A DNA stretch of 64,000 bases from Candidatus Latescibacterota bacterium (GCA_965204725.1 OZ242005.1:576001-640000); one strand, 5' to 3'. Positions 49,301 to 59,146 are shown, counted from the first letter of the stretch. The notes: generated by a model not told the origin, from the letters alone. A program made the numbers and translations.

Positions 49301-50263
49301 CTATTGGATATAGACCGCCTTGATGCGCCCCCAGCTTTCTTCTTCCACCGAGGTGCCGGTGCCGAGGCTGCTGAAATCCACGCGGGGATCAATCGGCGCG
49401 AGCAGGAAGTCCGAGCAATTGACGCAGTCGAACCACATCTGGATGTTGGGGTTGATGCCCCAGCCGCCATCGCTGGCGCCGCCGTTGTCCTCTTCGGCCG
49501 AATCCATGTCGTGTACGACCCAGCCCAAGCCGATGGTATTGCCCTCGACAAAGGTGTGAATTTGGCTCTCGTCCGGGCCGACCCAGTAGAAATCGTCCCA
49601 AGCAACCGACATCACCTCAATGCGCGCGGTGACCTCGCCGGAGTTGACTTCGCCATCTAGCTGGAACCCGTAATCGCCCCACGGGGGCTTGTCGTGCCAA
49701 GTGGAATTGCTGTTGAAGAACCACTTCCAACCGACGGCTCGGTTGGCATCGGGCAATTCAGGCCAGACATAGTGGGCGTTCTGGGCCAGCCGGCCTTGGT
49801 TGCGCTGGCGCTCTTCGTCGTCGTCGTAGTCGTCGGGGAGCGCGAAGTGCCGGTCGCCGCCGTGGTCGGCGTCGATCATGATTTCCCAGCTATCGTCGCC
49901 CGCGGCCACCGCGCCGACGCCATTGCGATCCCAGTAGTTGTCAAAACGCTCCATCATCAGGTAGAGGCGGTTGGTTCCCGCGCTCCACGCACCCACCACC
50001 CGAAACGACAGATTGCTCTCATCGTTTTCGTGGCCCAAGCCGAGATAGTACTCGAAGTGCGAGTCAAAGGGAACGTAGTAATCCTCTGGGACGATATCCC
50101 ATTCCGAGAGGTCGCCGTCCAAGGTGGGTTCCTGACCTGCGGGCCACTGGAAAAGCGTACCGGAGTCAATGCCGGGGATCGGCACATGGGCCGATGCCGC
50201 GCTGGCCTGTAGCAGGATGCCGAGGGCCAAAACAGTCGCGCTGCTCAGAATTTTCTTCTTCAT
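49301..50263 (-). CDS. Secreted CBM9/DOMON-like protein with C-terminal SWGxIK motif
   Basis: Signal peptide MKKKIL...ASA, PTLDGDLSEWD, DDSWEIMIDADH, ends TSVEEESWGRIKAVYIQ; GAGGTG RBS. Confidence 0.75.
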   Translation of the reverse strand: MKKKILSSATVLALGILLQASAASAHVPIPGIDSGTLFQWPAGQEPTLDGDLSEWDIVPEDYYVPFDSHFEYYLGLGHENDESNLSFRVVGAWSAGTNRLYLMMERFDNYWDRNGVGAVAAGDDSWEIMIDADHGGDRHFALPDDYDDDEERQRNQGRLAQNAHYVWPELPDANRAVGWKWFFNSNSTWHDKPPWGDYGFQLDGEVNSGEVTARIEVMSVAWDDFYWVGPDESQIHTFVEGNTIGLGWVVHDMDSAEEDNGGASDGGWGINPNIQMWFDCVNCSDFLLAPIDPRVDFSSLGTGTSVEEESWGRIKAVYIQ

Positions 50264-50368
50264 AATGCGATTCACCTCATAGGTTCGTGGATTAAACGGG
50301 TCAAAAAACGAAAGTGAGCTTCTAATGCCAAACGGCCTCTGCACCTCCTTTCATCAGCTCTTAATAAT

Positions 50369-50386
50369 TGCTAAACAACATTAGCA
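50369..50386. promoter_or_regulatory. Palindromic putative operator in the AT-rich promoter region
   Basis: TGCTAA-N6-TTAGCA. Confidence 0.4.
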
Positions 50387-50425
50387 CAATATGCAAAAAA
50401 CGGCAAACAATTATGTTGGCGGCGG

Positions 50426-52450
50426 CTAGTTGGCAACGTCCTCCGCCAGATACCAAGTCTCTGGATAGTACGGCCACGTCCAGCGCGAATCCCAGCCCCA
50501 ATAGCCTTGGGGCGGCACGTTGCGCAGCTTGCGGCTGACTACGACCGGATGCGGCCCCAAGCCAATGACGCCGAGTGCCCACAGGTTTTCGGCTTGGCTG
50601 CGGAGGATTTTCTTGCCCAGCGCAATGCGCTCGTCCTCGTCTGTGGTGCGGCGCAACCTCTCCCACCAGCCAAGCAGCTCCCGGATCTCGGCCGGCGGCT
50701 CCCACCCGAGCGCGCCGTCGGAAAAGTACCACCGCGTCCACTTGGACCACTGGCTCTGCTCCCAGCCGCCATTGGTCGGCACGTACCAGTACGGCTCAAT
50801 GGGAAAGAGGATGTCCGCGTTGCGGTCGGCGTGCCATATAGTCATGTCCATCAAGCCCGCCCGGGCGCGAATTCGTTGCAGCGTGCCGCTGATCTGCTTG
50901 AGATGGATGGCGACGCCCACCTCGCGCCAGTAGGCCGCGACCAAGTCCAAGGTGACCTGCTTGGGCGTCTCCCCGATCATGTACTCCAAGGTGATTTGCA
51001 ACGGCTCGCCGTCGAGCCGCTCGCGCTGGCCATCGCCGTCGCGATCGACGAGCCCCATTTCGTCGAACAGGGCCTTGGCCCGCGCTGGGTCAAACTCGGC
51101 CCACGCAGCGGCAAATTCTGGCTCGAAGTAGCGGCTCGAAGGCACCACCGTCAACTGACGCGGCACCCCGTAGCCAAAGTACACGATGTCGTTGATTTCC
51201 TCCCGATGGATGGCCAGCGACATGGCCCGCCGGAAGCGCACATCCTGAAAAATCCGCCGCAGCTCCGCGTCGGGATGATTCAAATTGAACTGCAACACCA
51301 CGTCCGAGCCGTAGGGCCGCGGCCAGACGTACGTGGAATAGCCGTTGCGCTGCTCAAAGCGCTTAAACAGCGGAATATCAGCCGTCATAAACTGCCGCCC
51401 AGCAAAGTCGATCTGTCCGGTCGCGGCTTTTGCCGCCATGATCTCGGGGCTATCGACCCGCTGCACCTCCAGATAGTCGATATAGGGCAACTGGTTGCCC
51501 TCGGGATCGACCTTGGGGTAGTAGGGATTGCGGCGCAGCAAGGCGCGGGTCGAGGTCCGGCTGACCAGCACGTACGCGGTCAGCACCGGGCGGTTGAAGG
51601 GGATCAGATCGGTCGTGCTGTTGACGGCCCCGAAATAGGTGCGCCAGTCCTGCAAACCGAGCGCTTCGGCCTCGCGCTCCAACTGCGCCCGCTCGGTAAA
51701 CGCCGGATGGTAGCGGCGCATGAAGTGCGCTGGCACTGCTAGGCGCGCACTGTTGTGGGCGAGGTGGTTGACAAACAGCGGCATGGGCTGGGGAAAGTGA
51801 TAACTGAAGCTGTGGGCATCGTGCTTTTCAATCCGCGCCCCTTTGAAGCGAGGCTCCACGACCGGCGTGAGTTCCTCGTTCATCAGCACGTGGTCGAACC
51901 AGAACGCATAGTCGTCGGCCGTCACCGGATGGCCGTCGGACCACTTGTGCCCGGGGCGCAGGGTGATCCGCAAGGTCCGCGCCCCATGGAGGTATTCGGC
52001 CTGTTGGGCAAAATTCGGCAGGTTCAGCCGCATCTGCGGCCCTGGGCGCAGCACCCCTTCGGGCACGTTGATCAGGCTTTCACCGGCAAAAAACAGCCGG
52101 GCCGTACCCCCGTAGCGGCCCAGTTCGCCGCTGGGTTCGACCACCACCGGATCGTCGGGCAGGCGCTCGGCGACCGGCGGCAATTCACCGGCCGCTACCG
52201 CTGAGTCGAGCACGGGCGATTGGCCGAAGCGCTGCAAGCCCACGGCCGAAGCCGTAGCCGGCGGCCGGAACCAAGCCTCCGGCCACGCGCTGCGCGGGAT
52301 GTCGCCCGTCGGCGCCGCGCGCTGGACCGCGGCCGCCGGGTGCGGACGCTCCGTTTCGACCGGCGCACAGCCCAACCACGCCACCGCGCCGACGCGCCAT
52401 ACCATCTTACCCCATCCAATCGCCTGCATGACCTCTTTCCTTTGGCCCAT
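50426..52450 (-). CDS. ABC transporter substrate-binding protein, family 5
   Basis: GELPPVAERLP, GRYGG, KWSDGHPVTADD, RNPYYPKVDPEGNQLPYID, FRRAMSLAI; lipobox-like WLGC. Confidence 0.88.
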   Translation of the reverse strand: MGQRKEVMQAIGWGKMVWRVGAVAWLGCAPVETERPHPAAAVQRAAPTGDIPRSAWPEAWFRPPATASAVGLQRFGQSPVLDSAVAAGELPPVAERLPDDPVVVEPSGELGRYGGTARLFFAGESLINVPEGVLRPGPQMRLNLPNFAQQAEYLHGARTLRITLRPGHKWSDGHPVTADDYAFWFDHVLMNEELTPVVEPRFKGARIEKHDAHSFSYHFPQPMPLFVNHLAHNSARLAVPAHFMRRYHPAFTERAQLEREAEALGLQDWRTYFGAVNSTTDLIPFNRPVLTAYVLVSRTSTRALLRRNPYYPKVDPEGNQLPYIDYLEVQRVDSPEIMAAKAATGQIDFAGRQFMTADIPLFKRFEQRNGYSTYVWPRPYGSDVVLQFNLNHPDAELRRIFQDVRFRRAMSLAIHREEINDIVYFGYGVPRQLTVVPSSRYFEPEFAAAWAEFDPARAKALFDEMGLVDRDGDGQRERLDGEPLQITLEYMIGETPKQVTLDLVAAYWREVGVAIHLKQISGTLQRIRARAGLMDMTIWHADRNADILFPIEPYWYVPTNGGWEQSQWSKWTRWYFSDGALGWEPPAEIRELLGWWERLRRTTDEDERIALGKKILRSQAENLWALGVIGLGPHPVVVSRKLRNVPPQGYWGWDSRWTWPYYPETWYLAEDVAN

Positions 52451-52536
52451 CTCCTTGACGGGTTGGGCGAAGTTTTATAGTCTGTATCCCCGCCAGCCCT
52501 TCAGCCCCTGCGCGGCGCGCTGTGCCGCAAAACGCC

Positions 52537-53769
52537 ATGACCGCACAACCCCAGTTACAACCAGCCGCCCCCCCTCAGCCCCGCTGCGCGGCGGCTCGCC
52601 TCCTCCACGAGGCCCTCGCCGACGTCCCCTTCCCTTGCCAGTTCACTTTTGCCCACGGCGAGACCTTGCACCTAGGCCCGCCGGGCGAACCGGCCTTTCG
52701 CGTAGTCTTTCACGCCGACGAAGTGCTCGGCAAAAGGCTTGACGAATACGCCATTGGGCGCGCTTACGTCGAAGGCCAAATCGAGATTGAGGGCGATGTG
52801 CGCTGCTTTCTAGGGTTGCGCCAGTACATCCGGGGCAGGGTCAGCCTCGGCTTCTTGCTGCGGGCCTACCTCCAGCTCTTTTGGCGCAACCGCATTCGCC
52901 TCAACCGCGCCTCCATCGCGCATCACTACAACTTCGGCGACGACTTCTACTTGGCGTTTGTCGATCGCCAGTACCACCTCTACTCGCATTGCCTTTTTCA
53001 CCGCGACGACGAGACGCTCGAACAAGCGGCCGAGCACAAATTTGCCACCATGGCCCGCGCTCTGCGTCTGCAAGCCGGCGACCGCCTGCTCGACATTGGC
53101 GCGGGCTGGGGGGCCGTCACCCGCTACGCTGGCCCGCGCGGCATCCACTGCACGGCCCTGACCATTGCCGAGGACTCGCACCGGCTGCACCAAAACCTCA
53201 TCGCCGACCAAGGGCTGACCACCTGCGCGGTTCGCCTCGAAGATTTCCTCGCCCACGATCCGCCCGAGCCGTACGACGCCATCGTCATCTTCGGCGTCAT
53301 CGAGCACATCCCCCACTACCGCGACTTTGTCGCGCAAGTGTGGAAGTGCCTCAAGCCCGGGGGCCGCATTTATCTCGACGCCTCGGCCACCCTCGAAAAA
53401 TACAAGGTCAGCAATTTCGTGCGCCGCTACATCTATCCCGGCACCCACACGTACTTGTGCCTGCCCGACCTGCTGCAAGAGTTCCTCATGCACGGCTTCA
53501 AGGTGGAAGAAGTGATCGACGAAACGCACGACTACGCCCGGACGCTGGAGCACTGGGCCGCGCGCTTTGAGGCCAACCGCCAAACCATCGTCGAGCGCTG
53601 GGGCGAAGCCGTCTTTCGGGCCTTCCGCCTGTACTTGTGGGGCGGCTCCCAGGCCATGGACCACCACCAACTCCAAGCCTACCACTTGGTGGCCCAGCGC
53701 ACCGAGGCCCCCGGTATCCGGCCGGGGTTTTTCAAGCGCTTGCTCTACTTCATCCGCAGTCTCAATTAG
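52537..53769 (+). CDS. Cyclopropane-fatty-acyl-phospholipid synthase family SAM methyltransferase
   Basis: IAHHYNFGDDFY, YSHCLF, LLDIGAGWG, YIYPG, YARTLEHW, FRLYL. Confidence 0.85.
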   Translation: MTAQPQLQPAAPPQPRCAAARLLHEALADVPFPCQFTFAHGETLHLGPPGEPAFRVVFHADEVLGKRLDEYAIGRAYVEGQIEIEGDVRCFLGLRQYIRGRVSLGFLLRAYLQLFWRNRIRLNRASIAHHYNFGDDFYLAFVDRQYHLYSHCLFHRDDETLEQAAEHKFATMARALRLQAGDRLLDIGAGWGAVTRYAGPRGIHCTALTIAEDSHRLHQNLIADQGLTTCAVRLEDFLAHDPPEPYDAIVIFGVIEHIPHYRDFVAQVWKCLKPGGRIYLDASATLEKYKVSNFVRRYIYPGTHTYLCLPDLLQEFLMHGFKVEEVIDETHDYARTLEHWAARFEANRQTIVERWGEAVFRAFRLYLWGGSQAMDHHQLQAYHLVAQRTEAPGIRPGFFKRLLYFIRSLN

Positions 53770-53797
53770 GCGGTTTCTCACGTCCCGTCCCATCCCC

Positions 53798-55717
53798 TTG
53801 TCTGCCTTCTCTTGGCGCGCCGTCGGCACGGGTTTGCTCCTCGTTGGGGCGATCAGCGTCCTAAGCCCTTGGGGCATCCTCATCGTCAAAGGCTCGCAGC
53901 TCACCAGCAATGCCATCCCGGTCATCGCCGTCCTCTCGCTCTTTGTGCTGACGGCCGCGGTCCTGCCCCTGCTCAAGATGCTGGGCCGGGCGTGGGCCTT
54001 TTCCCGCGCCGAACTCATCGCCGTGTACGCCATGATGCTGGTCGGCGCGGTCGTGGTCACCACCGGCTTCACCGGCACCTTTTTGTCGGTCATCACCGGC
54101 GCCGCGTACTACGCCACACCGGAAAACGCTTGGCAGGAGCTTTTCGTCCAATACATCCACCCCGCGCTGGCTCCCACCGATACCGAGGCCGTGCGCCTGT
54201 TCTACGAAGGGCTGCCCCAAGGCCGCGCCATACCATGGGCCGCTTGGACCCGCCCGCTCGCCGCTTGGACCTGCTTTATCTTCGCCTTCTACTGGGTCCT
54301 CTTTTGCCTCGGCGTGTTGCTCAGAGGCCAGTGGGTCGCCAACGAGCGCCTCGTCTTCCCGCTCACCCGCCTGCCGCTGGCCATGCTCGAAGGCGCGGAC
54401 TCGGCGTCCCGCCTCGGCGGCCTGTTCAAGCACCGCCTGCTGTGGCTGGGCTTTGCCGTGCCGCTTGTGCTGCACTCTTGGAACTCGCTTCACCACTACC
54501 ACGACGCCTTCCAGCCCATCGCCCTGACCGGCAGCTTGTCCCTGCTTCAAGGCAGCGTCGGCCTGCCTTGGCGGATCAACCTGCCGATTTTGGGCCTCGC
54601 GTACCTGATGGCGCTCAGCGTCTCCTTCAGTATATGGTTTTTCTTCTTGATCTACACCCTCGAAAAAGTCGTCTTTGCCCGCATCGGCCTCGTACTCGGC
54701 GGCGGCGATATTTGGACCTCGGGCGGCGGCACGATCCCCATTTCCCATCAGCAAGCCGGCGGCCTCTTGGTGCTGGCCCTGTTCGTGCTGTGGACCGCCC
54801 GCACCCACCTGCGCCGCCTGTGGCGTCAAGCCTTAAACGACGAACCCGCCCCCGGCGAGCTCATGGCTCCGCGCACGGCGTTTGGCGGCCTAGTGCTCGG
54901 CGTGGCGTTCATGGTGGCTTGGCTGACGCTCACGGGCCTCGCCCTGTACGTGGCCGTGCTGCTAGTGGCCGGGGCGCTCATCGTCTTTATCGGCTTGTCG
55001 CGCATCGTCTGCGAGACCGGGATTCCCGGCTGCCAGACGCCCATGGTCCCGCAGGCTTTCATCACCCGCGGCATAGGCCCAGAGACCCTCGGCCTCGGCA
55101 ACATGACCGGCTTGGGCTTGAGCACGGTGTGGATGGGCGAGACCGCGGCCAACATGATGAACGCCATCATGCACAGCCTCAAGCTGACCTCCGGCGATTC
55201 GCCCGCGCCGCGCTGGCTGCTTGGGGCGCTGTTCGCCGCTATTGCCGTGGGCCTTATCGGCTCGATCTGGTTTACCATGACTTTGGCCTATACCTATGGC
55301 GGCATCAACTTGGACGGCTGGTACTTTGGTGCCGCGCCGCGCTGGCCTTTTACCTACATGGCCTCGGTGTACAACGCGCCCGAGCCGTCGTTTGCCCCGC
55401 GCCTCGCCTTCACCACCAGCGGGGGCTTGGTCATGGCGGCCCTGCTCTTTTTGCGCCACCGCTTCACGTGGTGGCCCCTGCATCCGTTGGGTTTTCCCAT
55501 CGCCTCCACCCTTACCATTGTGTACTATGGCTGGTTGTCCATCTTTTTAGCTTGGCTCTGCAAGGCGACCATCCTGCGCTACGGCGGGGTGCGCGCCTAC
55601 CGCGCTCTGATGCCGTTCTTTTTGGGGCTGATCCTCGGCGAGTTCACCACGGCCTGCCTGTGGCTCTTCATCGACGGAGCCTACGGCGTCGAGGGCAACA
55701 TGATCTTCAACTTCTGA
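53798..55717 (+). CDS. DUF6785/DUF6784-like polytopic membrane protein
   Basis: RGQWVANERLVFPL, WWPLHPLG, LAWLCKATILRYGG, PFFLGLILGE; TTG start estimated. Confidence 0.72.
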   Translation: MSAFSWRAVGTGLLLVGAISVLSPWGILIVKGSQLTSNAIPVIAVLSLFVLTAAVLPLLKMLGRAWAFSRAELIAVYAMMLVGAVVVTTGFTGTFLSVITGAAYYATPENAWQELFVQYIHPALAPTDTEAVRLFYEGLPQGRAIPWAAWTRPLAAWTCFIFAFYWVLFCLGVLLRGQWVANERLVFPLTRLPLAMLEGADSASRLGGLFKHRLLWLGFAVPLVLHSWNSLHHYHDAFQPIALTGSLSLLQGSVGLPWRINLPILGLAYLMALSVSFSIWFFFLIYTLEKVVFARIGLVLGGGDIWTSGGGTIPISHQQAGGLLVLALFVLWTARTHLRRLWRQALNDEPAPGELMAPRTAFGGLVLGVAFMVAWLTLTGLALYVAVLLVAGALIVFIGLSRIVCETGIPGCQTPMVPQAFITRGIGPETLGLGNMTGLGLSTVWMGETAANMMNAIMHSLKLTSGDSPAPRWLLGALFAAIAVGLIGSIWFTMTLAYTYGGINLDGWYFGAAPRWPFTYMASVYNAPEPSFAPRLAFTTSGGLVMAALLFLRHRFTWWPLHPLGFPIASTLTIVYYGWLSIFLAWLCKATILRYGGVRAYRALMPFFLGLILGEFTTACLWLFIDGAYGVEGNMIFNF

Positions 55718-55724
55718 CTTTGCG

Positions 55725-55869
55725 TATAGCAGTCCTAAATGACTTGAGATCATGGAATGTTCATCGGCACTGTTTTTTGCCTGACGAGGCGTCATTCCCG
55801 CGAAAGAACGTCACCCCGTGCCCCGACACGGGGCGGGAATCCAGTCTTGAAGGATGTAGGATTGCTATA
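55725..55869. mobile_element. MITE type B (TA-bounded) with nested dRS3-like cargo
   Basis: TIRs TATAGCAGTCCTAAAT / ATGTAGGATTGCTATA (14/16); cargo GTCATTCCCGCG..[GTCACCCCGTGCCCCGACACGGGG]..CGGGAATCCAG. Confidence 0.8.
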
Positions 55870-55966
55870 TACGGGCCGTTTGACTTAGCCAGTGAAATGC
55901 CGGACCCTTGGCACGGCGTCCAGTTAAGAAAAGGAGCAAACGGCCATGCCCCCCGCAAACGGTTGC

Positions 55967-56187
55967 TATAGCTGTCCTACATCGTTCATAAGGGATGTTC
56001 TGCATGGCGTGTTGGGTATGAGATACTTCGCTGCGCTCAGTATGACACGGTCTGGGGTACGCAGCCCCTGTCTCTGGGTCACGCTGAGCGCAGCGCAGTC
56101 GAAGTCCCCGTCTCGGTGTCATGCTGAGCGTAGCGAAGCGTAGTCGAAGCATCTCTACATGCTTGCAAGTCATTTAGGATGGCTATA
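55967..56187 (-). mobile_element. MITE type A, complete copy
   Basis: TIRs TATAGCTGTCCTACAT / ATTTAGGATGGCTATA; inverted homologue of 12578-12780. Confidence 0.85.
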
Positions 56188-56226
56188 TACGCTAGACGAC
56201 CTCTCAACCGCATGCCCCCCATAGCC

Positions 56227-57393
56227 ATGCGCTGGCTATTGCTGCTAGTCCTATCGGCCGGGCCGGGGTGGACGCAGGTGGATGTGCTGCTAACCAAAAT
56301 CGACGAGGGCATCGCTTGGGTCAGCCCCTATTGGGGGTACAACGCGCCCAAACTAATTTTCGACGGCACGGCCTATTACACCCTAGGGCTGTGGGGGGCC
56401 GAGCCGGCCACGGCGCGAGGGGCGATCTACAAGCTAGAAGCCGGGCAATGGCGGCGCGGTTATACGTGGGATGGCTTGAACTACCAACCGGGCCTGCTGC
56501 TCCTCGATAGCCAGCAGCACCTCATCCTGATTTACCCCACCCTCAACGGCCCGCCCGTCGCGTTGCGGGCGACCGAGCCGGGGCAAATTGACCGCTTTGA
56601 GCCGTTGCCCGTGCCGCCGTTGAGCAAGGCCGGGTACATGGGGGCCGGGATCTACCGAGAGCGGCTCGTCGTGGGCTGTATCGGCGACCCTGCTACCTAT
56701 ACCTTCCAGCTAGCCGTGCTCGACTTGGACACACGGACTTGGACCGACCCCTTTGTCTTGGCCCCGGCCCAGCGGCGCGACGAGCCTTTCACCACTTGGC
56801 TATACCCCATCGTCCAGCCCGATGCGACCGGGATTCATCTGCTCGTGAGCAACCAGCCCGATCCAACGGCCCGCTACGACCGCATCCTCTACCTGCACCT
56901 GCCCTACCCACCAACCCAACCGCCTCAGCCCGAAGTGATCGCGCAAGGCGAGATGGCCTTTGGCGAGGCCATGCTGCGGACGCCCGACGGCCACATCTAC
57001 GTCACCGGCCAGTACCAGCCCGCCGGGCAGCCCAACCAGCTCTACATTTTCCGGCGCGATCCACAGACGCACTCTTGGAGTGGTCAAGCCCTGAGCCTGT
57101 CGCAAGTGGCGGCCGTATTCCAAGCACCCGACGAGCCAGCACGCCTGTGGATTCCGAGCACCTACGGCGCGCAACTGCGGCTCTATGTCTCGGAGGACGC
57201 CGGGGCGCGCTGGAGCGCGGTGCCCCTGCCGGGCTTGGAGGAGCAGTCGCTGGTCTCTACCTTTTTCATGCACGGCATCTCCGCGGCCAGTGGCAGCCTC
57301 GTGCCGCCGGAGCCTACCGTGGTGTTCAGTGCCGGCGTCCATCCCAACTACCAGTTGTGGTTCGCCCAATTTAAGACGCGACTGATTCGCTAA
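56227..57393 (+). CDS. Secreted hypothetical protein, possible BNR/sialidase-like propeller
   Basis: Signal peptide MRWLLLLVL; Asp-box SEDAGARW. Confidence 0.6.
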   Translation: MRWLLLLVLSAGPGWTQVDVLLTKIDEGIAWVSPYWGYNAPKLIFDGTAYYTLGLWGAEPATARGAIYKLEAGQWRRGYTWDGLNYQPGLLLLDSQQHLILIYPTLNGPPVALRATEPGQIDRFEPLPVPPLSKAGYMGAGIYRERLVVGCIGDPATYTFQLAVLDLDTRTWTDPFVLAPAQRRDEPFTTWLYPIVQPDATGIHLLVSNQPDPTARYDRILYLHLPYPPTQPPQPEVIAQGEMAFGEAMLRTPDGHIYVTGQYQPAGQPNQLYIFRRDPQTHSWSGQALSLSQVAAVFQAPDEPARLWIPSTYGAQLRLYVSEDAGARWSAVPLPGLEEQSLVSTFFMHGISAASGSLVPPEPTVVFSAGVHPNYQLWFAQFKTRLIR

Positions 57394-57415
57394 TCCATCG
57401 CAAAAAGGAGCTACC

Positions 57416-57730
57416 ATGATCCGCAAAGCCTTTGTCATGCAAGTCAATCCCGACCAACACGCCGAATACGAAAAGCGCCACAACCCGATATGGCCTGAGC
57501 TGGAGCAGACCCTCAAGGAACACGGCGTCCACAACTACTCCATCTTCCTCCACCCAGACACCCACCAGCTTTTTGCCTACGTGGAACTCGAAGACGAGGA
57601 GCGCTGGCAGCGCATCGCCGAGACGCCGGATTGCCGCCGGTGGTGGACGTACATGAAGGACATCATGGCCACCCACCCGGACGACAGCCCGCGCGCCCAA
57701 GACCTGCGCGAGGTGTTCCACATCGACTGA
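57416..57730 (+). CDS. rhaM: L-rhamnose mutarotase
   Basis: [47 protein letters not shown]. Confidence 0.95.
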   Translation: MIRKAFVMQVNPDQHAEYEKRHNPIWPELEQTLKEHGVHNYSIFLHPDTHQLFAYVELEDEERWQRIAETPDCRRWWTYMKDIMATHPDDSPRAQDLREVFHID

Positions 57731-57802
57731 GTTCGCACGCAAAGCGCGTCGTCCTTAGCTTCTATCCGCTAGCTAACTTCGCTGCGAAATTCGGCTGAAA
57801 AC

Positions 57803-59146
57803 ATGCACATTTTGGTCATAGGTGCCGGCGCCATCGGCTTCCAGTTGAGCAAGCAACTGAGCCAAGACGGGCACGACATTACCCAGATTGACACTGATCC
57901 GCGGCGCGTCAAGCGCGTCAGCGACCAGCTCGACATCATCGTCGCCGAGGGCAACGGCACCAGTTTGCAGGACTTGCGCGGGATCGGCATCGAGGAGGTG
58001 GATATCGTCGCCGCCATGACCACCAACGACGAGGTCAACCTGCTCGCCTGTAGAATGGCCAAGAAGCTAGGGGTCCAAGAGGCCATCGCCCGCGTCCGCA
58101 ATCCCGAGTTTACAGCCCCCGACTTTATTTTTAGCCCGGAAGAGCTCGGCGTCGATCAGTTCATCCACCCCGAGAAAGAAACCGCCGACGCCATCGCCCG
58201 CCTCATTCGCCAGTCCAGCGCCACCGATCTGGTCGAGTTTTCCGAAGGCAAACTCGTCTTGCTCGGCACCCGCCTCGACCCCCAGTCCTCCTTGCTCCAC
58301 GCGCCGTTGACCGAGTTGGGGCGGCAGTTTGCCGACATTCCCATGCGCATCGTCGCCATCCAGCGCAAGCAACAGACCTTGATCCCCCGCGGCAACACCA
58401 CCCTGCTGCCCGAGGACCGGATCTTCGTCATCAGCGATCCCGACTTCATTCCCTCGGTGGTCCGCCTGACCGGCCACACCGACCACCGCATCGAGGACAT
58501 CGCCATCCTCGGCGGCGGCCTCATCGGCCGGTTCGTCGCCGAAGAGCTCTCGGCGCAGATGCGCGTCAAGCTGATCGAAAGCCGCGTCGGACGCTCGCGG
58601 CAAATCGCCGACCAACTCGCCAACGTGCTGGTCATCCAAGGCGACGGCACAGACTACGACCTGTTGGCCGTAGAAGGGCTCGCCGACATGGATGCCTTTA
58701 TCGCCGTCACGGGCAACGACGAGGTCAACATCATCTCCACGCTCGTCGCCAAGCACCTCGAAGTGCCGCGCGCCATCGCCTTGGTCAACAACGTCGGGTA
58801 CATGCCCATCACCCCGGCCATCGGGCTCGATTCGGTGTTGAGCAAACAGCTCCTGACCGTCAACGCCGTCCAGCGCTACGTGCGGCACCAGCGCATCGCC
58901 TCCATCGCCAGCCTCCCCGGCCTCGACGTGGAAGCGGTCGAGTACATCGCCCGCGACGACAGCAAAATTACCCAAAAGCCCCTCATCTCCATCCGCCTGC
59001 CCAAAGATTCGATTATCGGTGCCGTCGTCCATCGCGATCGCGTGGTCATCCCCCGAGGCGATACGCGCATCCGCCCCGGCGACAAAGCCGTGGTCTTCGC
59101 CCGGCACTACGTCCACGAGGCCGTGCGCAAAATTTTCGGCGGCTAG
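57803..59146 (+). CDS. trkA: Trk potassium uptake NAD-binding subunit
   Basis: Two RCK domains (GAGAIG, GGGLIG), DEVNL, ARVRN. Confidence 0.93.
   Translation: MHILVIGAGAIGFQLSKQLSQDGHDITQIDTDPRRVKRVSDQLDIIVAEGNGTSLQDLRGIGIEEVDIVAAMTTNDEVNLLACRMAKKLGVQEAIARVRNPEFTAPDFIFSPEELGVDQFIHPEKETADAIARLIRQSSATDLVEFSEGKLVLLGTRLDPQSSLLHAPLTELGRQFADIPMRIVAIQRKQQTLIPRGNTTLLPEDRIFVISDPDFIPSVVRLTGHTDHRIEDIAILGGGLIGRFVAEELSAQMRVKLIESRVGRSRQIADQLANVLVIQGDGTDYDLLAVEGLADMDAFIAVTGNDEVNIISTLVAKHLEVPRAIALVNNVGYMPITPAIGLDSVLSKQLLTVNAVQRYVRHQRIASIASLPGLDVEAVEYIARDDSKITQKPLISIRLPKDSIIGAVVHRDRVVIPRGDTRIRPGDKAVVFARHYVHEAVRKIFGG

Noticed and set aside
52455-52481. TTGACG...TATAGT promoter for the CFA synthase gene
   Set aside because: The 15-bp spacing is suboptimal; plausible but not supportable.
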